64,000 nt of DNA, taken from NCBI GenBank assembly GCA_011050075.1, contig DRGK01000012.1:771-64770 (forward strand), written 5' to 3'. Both the position numbers and the translations under genes were made by a program. This stretch comes from Candidatus Jorgensenbacteria bacterium. Its GTDB lineage: Bacteria; Patescibacteriota; Minisyncoccia; UBA6257; GWB1-50-10. Below, in pieces: positions 7,943-17,810 of the stretch; position 1 is the stretch's first letter; the number at the start of each line of letters is the position of its first letter. Under the pieces are notes generated by a model, which was not told where the DNA came from, ran no database searches, and saw only the letters and a list, made by a program, of their open reading frames with translations.

Positions 7943-9288
7943 ATTTTTTTCACATATTCAATAAACTGATCTCCGCGATCATACTCATTCTTAAATAATC
8001 CGAAGGAAGCGAATGCAGGGCTTAAAAGCACAATATCGCCATCACTCGCAACAGTCATCGCCATACTGAGCGCCGTTCTAAGGCCGTCCACCTCTTCCAC
8101 ATGTAATTCTGAAATCCGCCTCAGCTTTTTTTTAATGCGCTCGCTCCCGCTACCGGGAAGAAGAATAATCTTTTTGCAGTACTCCACAAGTTTATGAAGG
8201 AGTGGAGTCATGTCCAGTTCCTTCTCAGACCCTCCCATGATAAGTACAATATTTTTATTTTTAGAGAGCGCTTGCAGTCCGGCAAGTGTTGCGTCCGGCG
8301 TGGTGGCGGTCGTGTCATTAAATATCTGAATACCACGCACTGTTCTCACATACTCCAGTCTGCCGGGAATACCGTTAAAATGCTCAACAGTAATTTTAAT
8401 TACCTGCTCTGCAACACCAAGTATTCTTGCAGTTCTAACGGCAAGCGCGATGTTCTTCTTATTGTGTAATCCGGGTATGTGGATGTTCCAGTCGTTCGAT
8501 ATCTCAGTGGTTGATGCAATAATCACAGTGCTCCGTATCAGTTTTTTATAACGCTCCTTAATAACAACATCCGCCTCCTTACTAACCACTAAATAATCGC
8601 CTGCGCCTTGGTGCCGAAAAATATTTGCCTTGTCATTAAAGTACCGTTCCACGTCGCCTTTATAGTAATTCATGTGGTCAAAAAGAAAATTGGTAAAAAC
8701 TGCAATATGAGGACTCGCGCCCGCCTCTCCAAAACCCTGCAGCTGCCATGAATCAAGTTCAAGCACCACAAGATCACTCTTGCCCGCTACCTCAAGAAGT
8801 GGGAGTGTTGCAACTCCCCGTACATTTCCTCCAAGAAATACGTTATGAGTATTATTCATTGCGTCTTTTTTTAAAATCTCGTAGAGCAATTGTGTGGTTG
8901 TTGATTTTCCTCTCGTGCCGGTAACACCAATTAAAGTGGCGTCGGTAAGTTTTGCAAAGAGAGACGCATCCATTTCCACCGGAATACTATGCTTTCGTGC
9001 CTCTTCTATGTATGGAGAATTAAGCGGCACTCCCGCCGCTTTAATAATTATGTCTACGTTACGAAAATCTCTGAGTCTATGCTCACCTAAAACGTATGTA
9101 ATATTTTGATAAACTCTTAGTACTTCTAAGCTCGGTCCAAGCTCTGATTCTGATTTCAAATCAGTCACCGTCAGCTGAGCACCGTGTTTTGCCAAAAACT
9201 TTACAATATTTATCCCGCGCCCTAAAAGCCCGAGTCCCATCACGGTTATCTTCTTGTTTTTAAAATATTCCTGAAGCAGTACCTGCAT
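7939..9288 (-). CDS. murD: UDP-N-acetylmuramoylalanine--D-glutamate ligase
   Basis: The N-terminus is VMGLGLLGRGINIVKFL and the Mur ligase P-loop is GTRGKSTTT. It overlaps murC by 4 nt. Confidence 0.85.
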   Translation of the reverse strand: MQVLLQEYFKNKKITVMGLGLLGRGINIVKFLAKHGAQLTVTDLKSESELGPSLEVLRVYQNITYVLGEHRLRDFRNVDIIIKAAGVPLNSPYIEEARKHSIPVEMDASLFAKLTDATLIGVTGTRGKSTTTQLLYEILKKDAMNNTHNVFLGGNVRGVATLPLLEVAGKSDLVVLELDSWQLQGFGEAGASPHIAVFTNFLFDHMNYYKGDVERYFNDKANIFRHQGAGDYLVVSKEADVVIKERYKKLIRSTVIIASTTEISNDWNIHIPGLHNKKNIALAVRTARILGVAEQVIKITVEHFNGIPGRLEYVRTVRGIQIFNDTTATTPDATLAGLQALSKNKNIVLIMGGSEKELDMTPLLHKLVEYCKKIILLPGSGSERIKKKLRRISELHVEEVDGLRTALSMAMTVASDGDIVLLSPAFASFGLFKNEYDRGDQFIEYVKKI

Positions 9289-9359
9289 ACTCCTATATTT
9301 CCACTTTATTCCAATAAAAACAAAGTATCACAGGATAGCAACACGATAACGAAGTTTTA

Positions 9360-9773
9360 TTACTTTAATAGATAGGCCTTGAAGGCACGTTCGGTTTCCT
9401 CTGTAATGTTGTGTTGCTTATACTCTTCCGGTTCAATCCACTTATACGCATCATGAGCGCTGCTTAGCTTCACTTCACTATCACCGCTGAGTGAACACTC
9501 AAAAAATATCCCAATAATTTGAATGCGCTCACCGTTAATCTCCGGACGCCATTCTCCAACGTGGAAAGGTTTGCCAACTTTTACGCGTAATCCAGTCTCC
9601 TCAAACACCTCTCTTTTAACAGCGTCATCGTATTGTTCTCCCGGCTCAATTTTACCGCCGGGGAAATCATACTTTCCTTTCTGAGTACCTCCCGCATACC
9701 TCATTGATTCCCGAATAATGAGTATTTTATCCCTGTGAAAAATAACCGAGCGAACAGCTGTAAATTGCTTCAT
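9360..9773 (-). CDS. NUDIX hydrolase
   Basis: The Nudix box is GGKIEPGEQYDDAVKREVFEETGL. Confidence 0.8.
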   Translation of the reverse strand: MKQFTAVRSVIFHRDKILIIRESMRYAGGTQKGKYDFPGGKIEPGEQYDDAVKREVFEETGLRVKVGKPFHVGEWRPEINGERIQIIGIFFECSLSGDSEVKLSSAHDAYKWIEPEEYKQHNITEETERAFKAYLLK

Positions 9774-9779
9774 GGTCTT

Positions 9780-10526
9780 TTATTTACTTGGTCGCCGTAT
9801 GATTAATTCCTCTTTAGGTTCTCGTTGCTGTAGGTTTTGCACGATCCTTTCTACAACAAAAGATGGTTGCATGTATTTGTCTATATCTTCCGGTTTCTCT
9901 TCGTCAAAGAGATTCGTCTGCATACCACCCGGGTAAATCGATATGACGGTAATCCCCGAGTCCTTAGTTTCCTTACGAAGCGATTTCGTAAATCCAACCG
10001 CTGCATACTTACTTGCGCAGTACCCGGATGAACCGGACCGTCCTTCCAATGCGCTCGTAGAGAGAATATTAATAATCATACCGCCGTTCTGTTTTCGCAT
10101 TTGAATCAGTGCTACTCGTGAACCATACATGGTGCCAAATAGGTTTACCTCCATCATGTCGTGCACCCGTTTCATGTCCAGTTCCTCTATTGGCCCATGC
10201 GGGATCCATGCACCTGCATTATTGATCCAGATATCAATACGGCCGTACTCGCGAACTACATCACGAGCAAGACTTTCTACATCATTCTCTTTTGTAACGT
10301 CTGCTGCAATTGCAAGTGCGCCAAGCTCCTCAGCTACTTCCTGTAGCTCCTTCTCCGAGCGTGCGCTTATTACCACTTTCGCCCCCTCTTTTGTAAATGT
10401 CTGCGCAAGTTCTCTGCCGAGTCCCTTACTCGCTCCCGTAATTACAACTACTTTATCTTTTAGTTCCATATCAAAAAAGATAGCGCCGTACGGCAATACT
10501 GTAAAGTTACTTTTTTTATGCACCAC
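9780..10526 (-). CDS. SDR-family short-chain dehydrogenase/reductase
   Basis: TGASKGLGRELA matches the cofactor-binding motif, and YCASKYA is the catalytic YxxxK. Confidence 0.8.
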   Translation of the reverse strand: MVHKKSNFTVLPYGAIFFDMELKDKVVVITGASKGLGRELAQTFTKEGAKVVISARSEKELQEVAEELGALAIAADVTKENDVESLARDVVREYGRIDIWINNAGAWIPHGPIEELDMKRVHDMMEVNLFGTMYGSRVALIQMRKQNGGMIINILSTSALEGRSGSSGYCASKYAAVGFTKSLRKETKDSGITVISIYPGGMQTNLFDEEKPEDIDKYMQPSFVVERIVQNLQQREPKEELIIRRPSK

Positions 10527-10530
10527 TTAA

Positions 10531-10562
10531 ATAAAAAGCCCGAGTGTTTCAACTCGGGCTTT
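10531..10562 (-). terminator. Rho-independent terminator downstream of the PurA-like gene (minus strand)
   Basis: A hairpin agcccgagt/actcgggct is followed, on the minus strand, by TTTTATTT. Confidence 0.6.
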
Positions 10563-10565
10563 GGG

Positions 10566-11657
10566 TTACCGCCGAAGCCGGCGTAACATATTTAAACGAT
10601 AGGGTTCGAAATCAACCGTGGTACGCGGTCCAGTTTTCACAAGCATCACCTGTACCTGCGTTAGCTGCTCCAATCTATCAATGAAGTCCTCGACTGGTTT
10701 AGTGAGAATGTCTGATTCGTGCATTCCCCAATCGAGATAGTCGGCAAAGGTAACCGCGAGTTCCGTCGGTCGATTTATTCGCGTTGCCCTCACAATACCC
10801 TCATTACTGAATGTAGCCACGCGCCTAACGCGATTGGTAACCGACGTCCTCTCAGTGAGTAGATGAGGCGCGTCTGCTTGGGCAGTCACATCCTCCCACG
10901 TCAATTCCTGAGAGTCGGGGCCAAAAGGACCGCTCTGCCCAGCCACACGAATTGGGTACGTTCGCACTACACCGATGGCGCGTACCGGAAACTCATGCAA
11001 ACCAACCCCTATACCCGCAGCAAGTGCCGCGACGGTTGTGTCACGACTCGTAACGTATGGGAAGTATCCGTGGTCAAGACTCAAGCCAAACCCCTGTGTC
11101 CCCTCTACGAGCACTATGCAATCATCTTCCAGTAAGGTATTTATCACATCTGTTGTATCGCAAAGATATGGTTGCAGCTCAGCAACGTCACGCGCCAATA
11201 CGCATGACTCCTTGCGCAGAACTTTATCAGCTGCCGCCCGGCCAATTCCTTCTCCCGACTGTGCAGAGGTACTGCTGATGCGTACAGCTAGATCACTGTC
11301 TTGTTCGACTCGTTTCTGTTCCTCAGTAATCACGTGCGCCCTATAATCAATACGCAGGCGATGTACAACCGGCAGAAATTTCTCAATAGCAGTTACTTCC
11401 TGGAATAGGAGACTTACATCCAGTAAGGCGTTAATGCCAATAATCAACTGTGCGTGCGGATTAATCCACACCGATGGCAGTTGGCGCATTATGAAACGCT
11501 CATCGTGATAGTAAATCGTATGTCCCGCATTAGCAGCACCAATGCGCACGCCCGCACTCACTGCAGGAGAGAGGTACTCGGTAATTGCGCCTTTCCCCTC
11601 AGAGCCGAATTGCATACCGAACACAATCCATATTTCTCCGAAACGCTCTTTGTTCAT
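10566..11657 (-). CDS. Adenylosuccinate synthetase-family protein, short form (363 aa); divergent P-loop
   Basis: PurA family motifs are present: GMQFGSEGKG (P-loop), ANAGHTI and EGTQGFGLSLDHGYFPYVTSRDT. The canonical GDEGKG is GSEGKG here. The TTGRxRR block is divergent (TSVTNRVRR). Confidence 0.6.
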   Translation of the reverse strand: MNKERFGEIWIVFGMQFGSEGKGAITEYLSPAVSAGVRIGAANAGHTIYYHDERFIMRQLPSVWINPHAQLIIGINALLDVSLLFQEVTAIEKFLPVVHRLRIDYRAHVITEEQKRVEQDSDLAVRISSTSAQSGEGIGRAAADKVLRKESCVLARDVAELQPYLCDTTDVINTLLEDDCIVLVEGTQGFGLSLDHGYFPYVTSRDTTVAALAAGIGVGLHEFPVRAIGVVRTYPIRVAGQSGPFGPDSQELTWEDVTAQADAPHLLTERTSVTNRVRRVATFSNEGIVRATRINRPTELAVTFADYLDWGMHESDILTKPVEDFIDRLEQLTQVQVMLVKTGPRTTVDFEPYRLNMLRRLRR

Positions 11658-11760
11658 TAATAAACTCCTTCAGTCTATTTACTGGTAATGTTCTACTAAT
11701 CTTATACTACAACACCAGTATATGTGTCAATAATACGCTCTTGCTGTTATATGCTTTTCA

Positions 11761-13002
11761 CTATCCCTTATTTATATTTTGCAGCAATTCTTTCACCGTC
11801 TGCACCTCATCCCACGGTTGTTTTTTGCCGTTCGGACCGTAAAACCACTTCTGGCTGCCAATGCCGGTAATTATTACAATATCTTTTTCGCGTGCGATGC
11901 TTAGCGCTTTTTTAATAGCTTCCGTGCGGTCAATAATCTCATACACCTTCTGCGGTTTTTCTGGCGACTCGGCAATACCGCGCTTCATATCTTCAATGAT
12001 CGCACGCGGGTCTTCGTCATACGGGTCTTCACTTGTTAGAATTACCACATCACCGTAGCTCGCAGCAATTTTACCATGCTCAGGACGCTTCCACGTATCC
12101 CGACCGCCTCCAGCAGCTCCCAAAACACAAATGAGGTGTGAGGAGTCAGTAAAGTCGTAGTTCGTACGGAGGTTTCGATAAACGGCAGTCAGCGACTCAG
12201 GTGTATGAGCATAATCAACGACAACCGAAAACGGCTTCTTTTGCACAAACTCCATCCTCCCCGGCACACCGGGGAACTCGGCGAGCGCTCGCTGTATCGT
12301 GCCGCGATTAACACCACGCAGGCGTGCTAAAGCAACTGCTGCTGCAACATTTTCAACATTAAAATCGGCACGCAGCCACTCCTGATGATATGTTGCCCGT
12401 AGTCCTTCTACCATCTTGAACACGTCATTCTTGCTAAACCATATCACCTCACCACTCCGTACGCGTTTCGCAACTTCATAAAACAACATTGAATCCTGGT
12501 CGTCTCTGTTAATGAGAAAATACTGCCGTGATTTTTTTGAGTGTTTCAGCGAACGAAAAAAATTGAGTTTTGCTTCCCGATATTTTTCAAATGAACCATG
12601 CGCTTCAATGTGTTCTGGATGAAGGTTCAAAAAAACAGCAACATCCCAGTCAATAAATCGATGACGGTGCTGTGTGGTTCCTTGGGAGGTTACCTCAACA
12701 AACGCATACGTACATCTTTCAGTGGCGGCTCTGTGCAAAAACCGCTGCAAACGCCACCGTCCAGGCATAGTGTTCGACCATTCATTGGGTTCTGTTTCGG
12801 TACCGATCTTCTGACGCACAGTGGACAGAAGCGCTGTCCGTTCGCCCGCCGCTTCAAAAATAACATTCATGAGTTCTATGACTGTTGATTTTCCTTTTGT
12901 TCCGGTCACCCCGACCACAAATAATCTCCTACTCGGGCGACGATATCGGATACTTCCCGTCCAGGCGAGTACGGTGTGATAAAAAGAACGGAGCATATTC
13001 AT
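11761..13002 (-). CDS. Mur ligase family protein, MurE-like (UDP-MurNAc-tripeptide synthetase), short N-terminus
   Basis: The P-loop is GVTGTKGKST. The C-terminal ILTSEDPYDEDPRAI resembles the MurE DNPR/DDPR region. Length is 413 aa. Confidence 0.55.
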   Translation of the reverse strand: MNMLRSFYHTVLAWTGSIRYRRPSRRLFVVGVTGTKGKSTVIELMNVIFEAAGERTALLSTVRQKIGTETEPNEWSNTMPGRWRLQRFLHRAATERCTYAFVEVTSQGTTQHRHRFIDWDVAVFLNLHPEHIEAHGSFEKYREAKLNFFRSLKHSKKSRQYFLINRDDQDSMLFYEVAKRVRSGEVIWFSKNDVFKMVEGLRATYHQEWLRADFNVENVAAAVALARLRGVNRGTIQRALAEFPGVPGRMEFVQKKPFSVVVDYAHTPESLTAVYRNLRTNYDFTDSSHLICVLGAAGGGRDTWKRPEHGKIAASYGDVVILTSEDPYDEDPRAIIEDMKRGIAESPEKPQKVYEIIDRTEAIKKALSIAREKDIVIITGIGSQKWFYGPNGKKQPWDEVQTVKELLQNINKG

Positions 13003-13571
13003 GAAAGTCTCTGCAGTGCAGCTCGTAAACGCTCTTCCAGTTTCTTCGGCTCACTGCCAAGTTGTGCTATTGCTTCTTTCACTTCGCGACGTGCATACCC
13101 CAGTTTTACCAACGCCTCTTCAATGTCTACATCAACATCCATAGTCTCCGTAATCTCATCAGTCTTCGGCAAGTGAAGCTTGTTTTGCAGCTCTAAAATA
13201 ACTCGTGCGGCGGTCTTCTTTCCAATGCCGGATGTACGCGTGAGAAAATCGGTGCGACGCTCAATAATTGCCGCCACAATCCGGTCTACCGTATCCACGT
13301 CCAGAATAGCGAGCGCAGTCTTTGGTCCAATACCCGACACCTTAGTAAACATCTCAAACAACTTGAGTGCCTGCGAGTCGGTAAACCCATACAATTCCAT
13401 ATGGTTATCACGAATATAGAGGTGACAATACAATAACACCTCACCTCCTTTACGCTTATTACTGCTGAGAACAGCTTGGTGTGTAAAAACCTTTACGCTC
13501 ACCGCCCCGACACTGACAATAAGATAATTATCTCCCTTGCTCACAATAGTACCGCGAATTGAGTACAGCAT
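12999..13571 (-). CDS. ruvA: Holliday junction branch-migration complex subunit RuvA
   Basis: The N-terminal OB fold is MLYSIRGTIV and the helix-hairpin-helix region is VSGIGPKTALAIL. Confidence 0.85.
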   Translation of the reverse strand: MLYSIRGTIVSKGDNYLIVSVGAVSVKVFTHQAVLSSNKRKGGEVLLYCHLYIRDNHMELYGFTDSQALKLFEMFTKVSGIGPKTALAILDVDTVDRIVAAIIERRTDFLTRTSGIGKKTAARVILELQNKLHLPKTDEITETMDVDVDIEEALVKLGYARREVKEAIAQLGSEPKKLEERLRAALQRLS

Positions 13572-13620
13572 TCCCCTTAGTATAGTCCATACCCGCTATC
13601 TATAAAATCTCTCATAGATT

Positions 13621-14556
13621 TTGTACTACAATGGAGGCATGGCATTGCGTATCAGACGAAATGTTTCCACCGCACCACTCTCTACCTTCAAGATTGGTGG
13701 CACCGCAGAGTATTATGTAACCGCGCAGGATTCTAATACCATCGTCGCGGCACTGCAGTGGGCAAAAGAGCGCTCCCTTACGCATCATATTATTGCGGGA
13801 GGAAGTAATGTCGTATTTCCTGACAGGCTGCTAAGAGGATTGCTCATCCACATAACAGGTGGCGGCATTCATAGAACAGGGCAGCATCACTTTATAGTAG
13901 ATGCTGGAACACCGCTCGAAAAACTTATTGCAGTCTCAATTGCAGACGGGTTGGCAGGACTGGAAACGCTCACTGATATTCCCGGCACCGTCGGCGGAGC
14001 AATTGTTGGTAATGCCGGTGCATACGGCCACTCAATATCGGAGTCAGTTGACCATGTCCTCATTTGGGACACAGGTCAGACGCGTGAGCTCACTAACGGG
14101 GCGTGCAACTTCAAATATCGCGAAAGTGTTTTCAAGAGCAGGCCGTATATCATACTGCGCACTACGTTCGTGCTCAAACCAGGCAATGCGAAACAATTAA
14201 AAAAGCGCAGTAGAGAAATCAGAGCTGTACGGCGCAAGAAATATGATCAGACACGCAACTGTCCCGGAAGTTTTTTTAAAAACATACTTATAAAGAATGT
14301 ATCAAAACGGGCGCTCGCACAGATTGATAGTGCACGCATCATTAATGGTAAGATCCCCACCGGATACCTTCTCGATTCGGTTGGGGCACGTAATCTAAGG
14401 CGCGGTGGTATACGGGTAACAGATTTCCACGCTAATATTATTGAAAACACCGGTACCGGAACCGCACACGACGTTCGAAAACTCACCGGCGAACTTAAGC
14501 GGCGAGTAAAAGATAAGTTTGGTATAGTACTTGAAGAGGAGGTGCGATTTCTCTAA
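13621..14556 (+). CDS. murB: UDP-N-acetylenolpyruvoylglucosamine reductase
   Basis: The FAD-binding N-terminus is STFKIGGTAEYYV ... IAGGSNVVF. It is divergent from ruvA. Confidence 0.8.
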   Translation: MYYNGGMALRIRRNVSTAPLSTFKIGGTAEYYVTAQDSNTIVAALQWAKERSLTHHIIAGGSNVVFPDRLLRGLLIHITGGGIHRTGQHHFIVDAGTPLEKLIAVSIADGLAGLETLTDIPGTVGGAIVGNAGAYGHSISESVDHVLIWDTGQTRELTNGACNFKYRESVFKSRPYIILRTTFVLKPGNAKQLKKRSREIRAVRRKKYDQTRNCPGSFFKNILIKNVSKRALAQIDSARIINGKIPTGYLLDSVGARNLRRGGIRVTDFHANIIENTGTGTAHDVRKLTGELKRRVKDKFGIVLEEEVRFL

Positions 14557-14924
14557 TCACGCTCACGCCGTATCAATGTCCAGTGATATACATACAAAGG
14601 AACACCTATAATAAGTGACGCAAACGCTCCTGCGGCATCACGTTGTCGACGAGACCGACGTTCTTTTTCATAGTATGCATCCAGCTCCTCTTTGGTTGGT
14701 TCTTCTCGTACAGCATCACTTTCTCCAGGTATAAGCTTTGGAGCTGGGCCCGGATACCGATAGGAAATATCAGCATCGGTGAAAATATAGACTTTAAGTC
14801 CCAAGTTCACCAATCGCACCATACCAACAATAATCAGGACAAGCCCCACGAGTGAAAAAAGATATAGGTATGCTGTTCGTATCGTAAGTCTTTTTCTCAT
14901 ACTCGGTATTATAACACCTAACAA
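14553..14924 (-). CDS. Small membrane protein, hypothetical
   Basis: 123 aa with two hydrophobic helices. Confidence 0.4.
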   Translation of the reverse strand: MLGVIIPSMRKRLTIRTAYLYLFSLVGLVLIIVGMVRLVNLGLKVYIFTDADISYRYPGPAPKLIPGESDAVREEPTKEELDAYYEKERRSRRQRDAAGAFASLIIGVPLYVYHWTLIRRERD

Positions 14925-14952
14925 GCACTAGAAATACAGCTATAATAAAATT

Positions 14953-15300
14953 ATGCAGCATACGGCGCTCATTTATCTTGGACAACGATTCATATACCGC
15001 GTCGTTGGGTTTCTTTATCATTGGTACGTCGCCGGCACTCGAGCATACTGGCACGGTGTTGTAGAGTTGTTTGAGCGCATGGACTACGCACTGGCGTGGA
15101 ATATTACGCGCAAGCACCTGTTTAAACCTCTTTACGGTGACTACTCAGTAGTTGGTTACATACTCGGTTTCATATTTCGCATCGGACGCTTATGCGGTGC
15201 GAGTATTGTTTATGTCGTGCTGTTTCTTATTCTGGCAGGTGCATATATTATATGGCTTCTTATACCATTCACACTTGTTGTTAAAATATTATTCGGTTGA
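14953..15300 (+). CDS. Small membrane protein, hypothetical; overlaps the start of the Clp ATPase gene (ATGA overlap)
   Basis: 115 aa with a C-terminal TM helix. A 4-nt overlap with the downstream gene suggests translational coupling. Confidence 0.4.
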   Translation: MQHTALIYLGQRFIYRVVGFLYHWYVAGTRAYWHGVVELFERMDYALAWNITRKHLFKPLYGDYSVVGYILGFIFRIGRLCGASIVYVVLFLILAGAYIIWLLIPFTLVVKILFG

Positions 15301-17807
15301 TGAGTATTTCTGTTAACATATTACGCCTACACCTCTCTGCTGCGAATGAGTTTGTAGTAAAACTTGTAAGCTACACTACGTATGCAATCCTGTTCGCATT
15401 AACGTTTATACTGTTGCTTAATGGCGGTTCACGCCTGCAATGGCTCGGAGCACTTTTCACGTTGTTTCTTATAGATAGAATACTGCACGTTTATAAAGGA
15501 ACATACACCGTACAGCAGCTTGCCGAGCGTGTCGCCGCAGGAAAAACGGTAAACCTCGCCGATGCACTGAATCCAACGACCACTCGTCTTATCAGCACAA
15601 GTTATCAAAAAGCGCTCGCACTCAACGAAAATGTATATCTCGTCCTCCTCAAAAACCTAACAGAGCGCAAAACAATCAAAGGAGCTTTTGAACGGCTTGA
15701 TATTGACCCCAAGCAGTTCATCACACAGGCAAAGGCGTACATTGGCGAGTCAGTCAAGCGCTCGCCGGAAGAGCTCCGCGCGGTACTATTCGACGTTGTT
15801 ACAACAGCATACAAAATCGCAGAACACACCAATGAGCAATACATACAACCGCGCAACCTCTTCGTAGCGCTCGCCGAAACACAAGGGCCTGCCGTAACAA
15901 AGCTCATGCAGTTGTTTAATGTGACCGTCCAAGACCTCCGTGAAGCAGTGCTTATGGGTCGCTTCCGTCCACTCTTCAGGGGTATACGGCGTACGCCATC
16001 AATGCTCGGTGGCTTTGCACACAGACCATTCATGATGCGAAAGCGGATTATGAATCGTTCGTGGACCGCACGCCCAACGGCATATCTTGATAGGTTCAGC
16101 ACAGACCTTACCGCACTCGCACGTCGCGAACAAATTGGACTGCTCATCGGACACAAGAAAGAATTCGCTAAGCTCCTCGCCGTCCTCGCACGTTCCGACA
16201 AGCCAAACACATTATTAGTTGGTGAGCCGGGTACCGGTAAGTCAACAATGATTGCGCACCTTGCGTTTCTCATTATTAAAGACAAGGTGCCTGAAATGCT
16301 GTTTGACAAACGATTGCTCTCACTGGATATCGGTTCGCTTATTGCAAACGCACAACCGGACGAACTCGCAGGGCGTCTTAAGCGCATCGCGGAAGAAATT
16401 ATTCAGGCGGGCAATATCGTGCTCTTCATTCCGAACATACACAACTTATTCAAGTCCATAGGCGGCGAAGATTCATTTAATGCAATGGATATCTTGCTTC
16501 CCATAATCCAAAGTAATGCGATACCGCTCATCGGTGAGACATACCCGCACGAGTATAAGAAGTATATTACGCAGCGCTCCGAGGTCCGCGAACAATTTGA
16601 AACCATACAAGTGGAAGAGGTTTCTCAAGAAGAAGCTCTCCGCATTCTCGTATACCAAGCACTGCTTCTGGAACGGCAATTTGGGGTATTCATTACCTAC
16701 CGCGCTATTAAGCAGGCGGTATATCTCGCGTATCGATACCTGCACAATAAACCGCTTCCCTCGGGTGCGGTAGATCTTCTTAAACAGGCTGTGGTACGCA
16801 CTAAACAAGCCGGTGAGAAACGCGTGAGTGCTGATGTGGTAATCGCCATCGCACAGGAACTGAGTAAAATTCCCATCCAACAAGTGAGTGAGCAAGAGAC
16901 GGAGAAACTTCTTAATCTTGAAGACATTATTCACGAACGTCTCATAAACCAGGACACGGCAGTTATTGCAGTTTCCCGAGCACTCCGCGAGTATCGAAGC
17001 GGTCTTTCAAGCGAAGGGCGTCCAATCGCCACATTCCTTTTTGTTGGTCCTACGGGTGTTGGGAAAACCGAGCTCGCGAAGATTCTTGCCGGCGTACAGT
17101 TCGGGTCACGTAAAACGCTTGAACGATTTGATATGTCTGAATACCAGGACAAACAAAGTACGTTCCGCCTCATCGGTACGCCTGATGGTAAAAAAACCGG
17201 CACACTCACCGATGCAATTCTGGAAAACCCGTACCGACTAATTCTTTTGGATGAATTTGAAAAAGCACATCCCGATGTACTGAATATCTTCCTGCAAGTA
17301 TTTGATGATGGGAGATTAACCGACAGCTTGGGACGCACTGTTAATTTTGAGAACACTATCATTATTGCTACGTCTAATGCTCATTCTAATTTTATTAAAG
17401 AGTCTATTGAAGCAGGCAAGTCGGTACCAGATATCAGCGGGGAGCTAAAAAGAAAGCTCACCACATACTTCAAGCCGGAGCTCTTGAACAGGTTCTCCGA
17501 CACCGTGGTGTTCCGCACCTTAAATAGAGAGGAGATAAAGAAGATCGCCAAGATCCTCATTCGGGAAACCGCTGAGACACTCACGGAAAAACATGGTATC
17601 GCACTTGAGATTGATGACTCGGCGCTCACTCAGATTGCCGAACTGGGATTCTCATCGGTATTCGGCGCCAGACCGCTTCGCAACACCATATCCGAACACA
17701 TACGGAGTGTTCTGGCAGATAAATTATTACGCAAAGAACTCGGACGCGGAAACACGGTCCGTGTCTCTTATGACGACAGTACGTTCCAGTTCTCTGTTAT
17801 TGAATAA
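15297..17807 (+). CDS. Class I Clp/Hsp100 AAA+ ATPase (ClpC/ClpA-like, two AAA modules), with a hydrophobic N-terminal extension
   Basis: The two Walker A motifs are GEPGTGKST and GPTGVGKTE. The sensor-2 region is FGARPLRNTISEH. The first ~60 residues (YTTYAILFALTFILLLNGG, LQWLGALFTLFLI) look like two TM helices. Confidence 0.75.
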   Translation: MMSISVNILRLHLSAANEFVVKLVSYTTYAILFALTFILLLNGGSRLQWLGALFTLFLIDRILHVYKGTYTVQQLAERVAAGKTVNLADALNPTTTRLISTSYQKALALNENVYLVLLKNLTERKTIKGAFERLDIDPKQFITQAKAYIGESVKRSPEELRAVLFDVVTTAYKIAEHTNEQYIQPRNLFVALAETQGPAVTKLMQLFNVTVQDLREAVLMGRFRPLFRGIRRTPSMLGGFAHRPFMMRKRIMNRSWTARPTAYLDRFSTDLTALARREQIGLLIGHKKEFAKLLAVLARSDKPNTLLVGEPGTGKSTMIAHLAFLIIKDKVPEMLFDKRLLSLDIGSLIANAQPDELAGRLKRIAEEIIQAGNIVLFIPNIHNLFKSIGGEDSFNAMDILLPIIQSNAIPLIGETYPHEYKKYITQRSEVREQFETIQVEEVSQEEALRILVYQALLLERQFGVFITYRAIKQAVYLAYRYLHNKPLPSGAVDLLKQAVVRTKQAGEKRVSADVVIAIAQELSKIPIQQVSEQETEKLLNLEDIIHERLINQDTAVIAVSRALREYRSGLSSEGRPIATFLFVGPTGVGKTELAKILAGVQFGSRKTLERFDMSEYQDKQSTFRLIGTPDGKKTGTLTDAILENPYRLILLDEFEKAHPDVLNIFLQVFDDGRLTDSLGRTVNFENTIIIATSNAHSNFIKESIEAGKSVPDISGELKRKLTTYFKPELLNRFSDTVVFRTLNREEIKKIAKILIRETAETLTEKHGIALEIDDSALTQIAELGFSSVFGARPLRNTISEHIRSVLADKLLRKELGRGNTVRVSYDDSTFQFSVIE

Positions 17808-17810
17808 AGT

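Noticed and set aside
15605-16387. 260-aa minus-strand ORF and other internal ORFs within the Clp ATPase gene (16473-16934, 16931-17362)
   Set aside because: They are shadow frames opposite a well-supported AAA+ gene.
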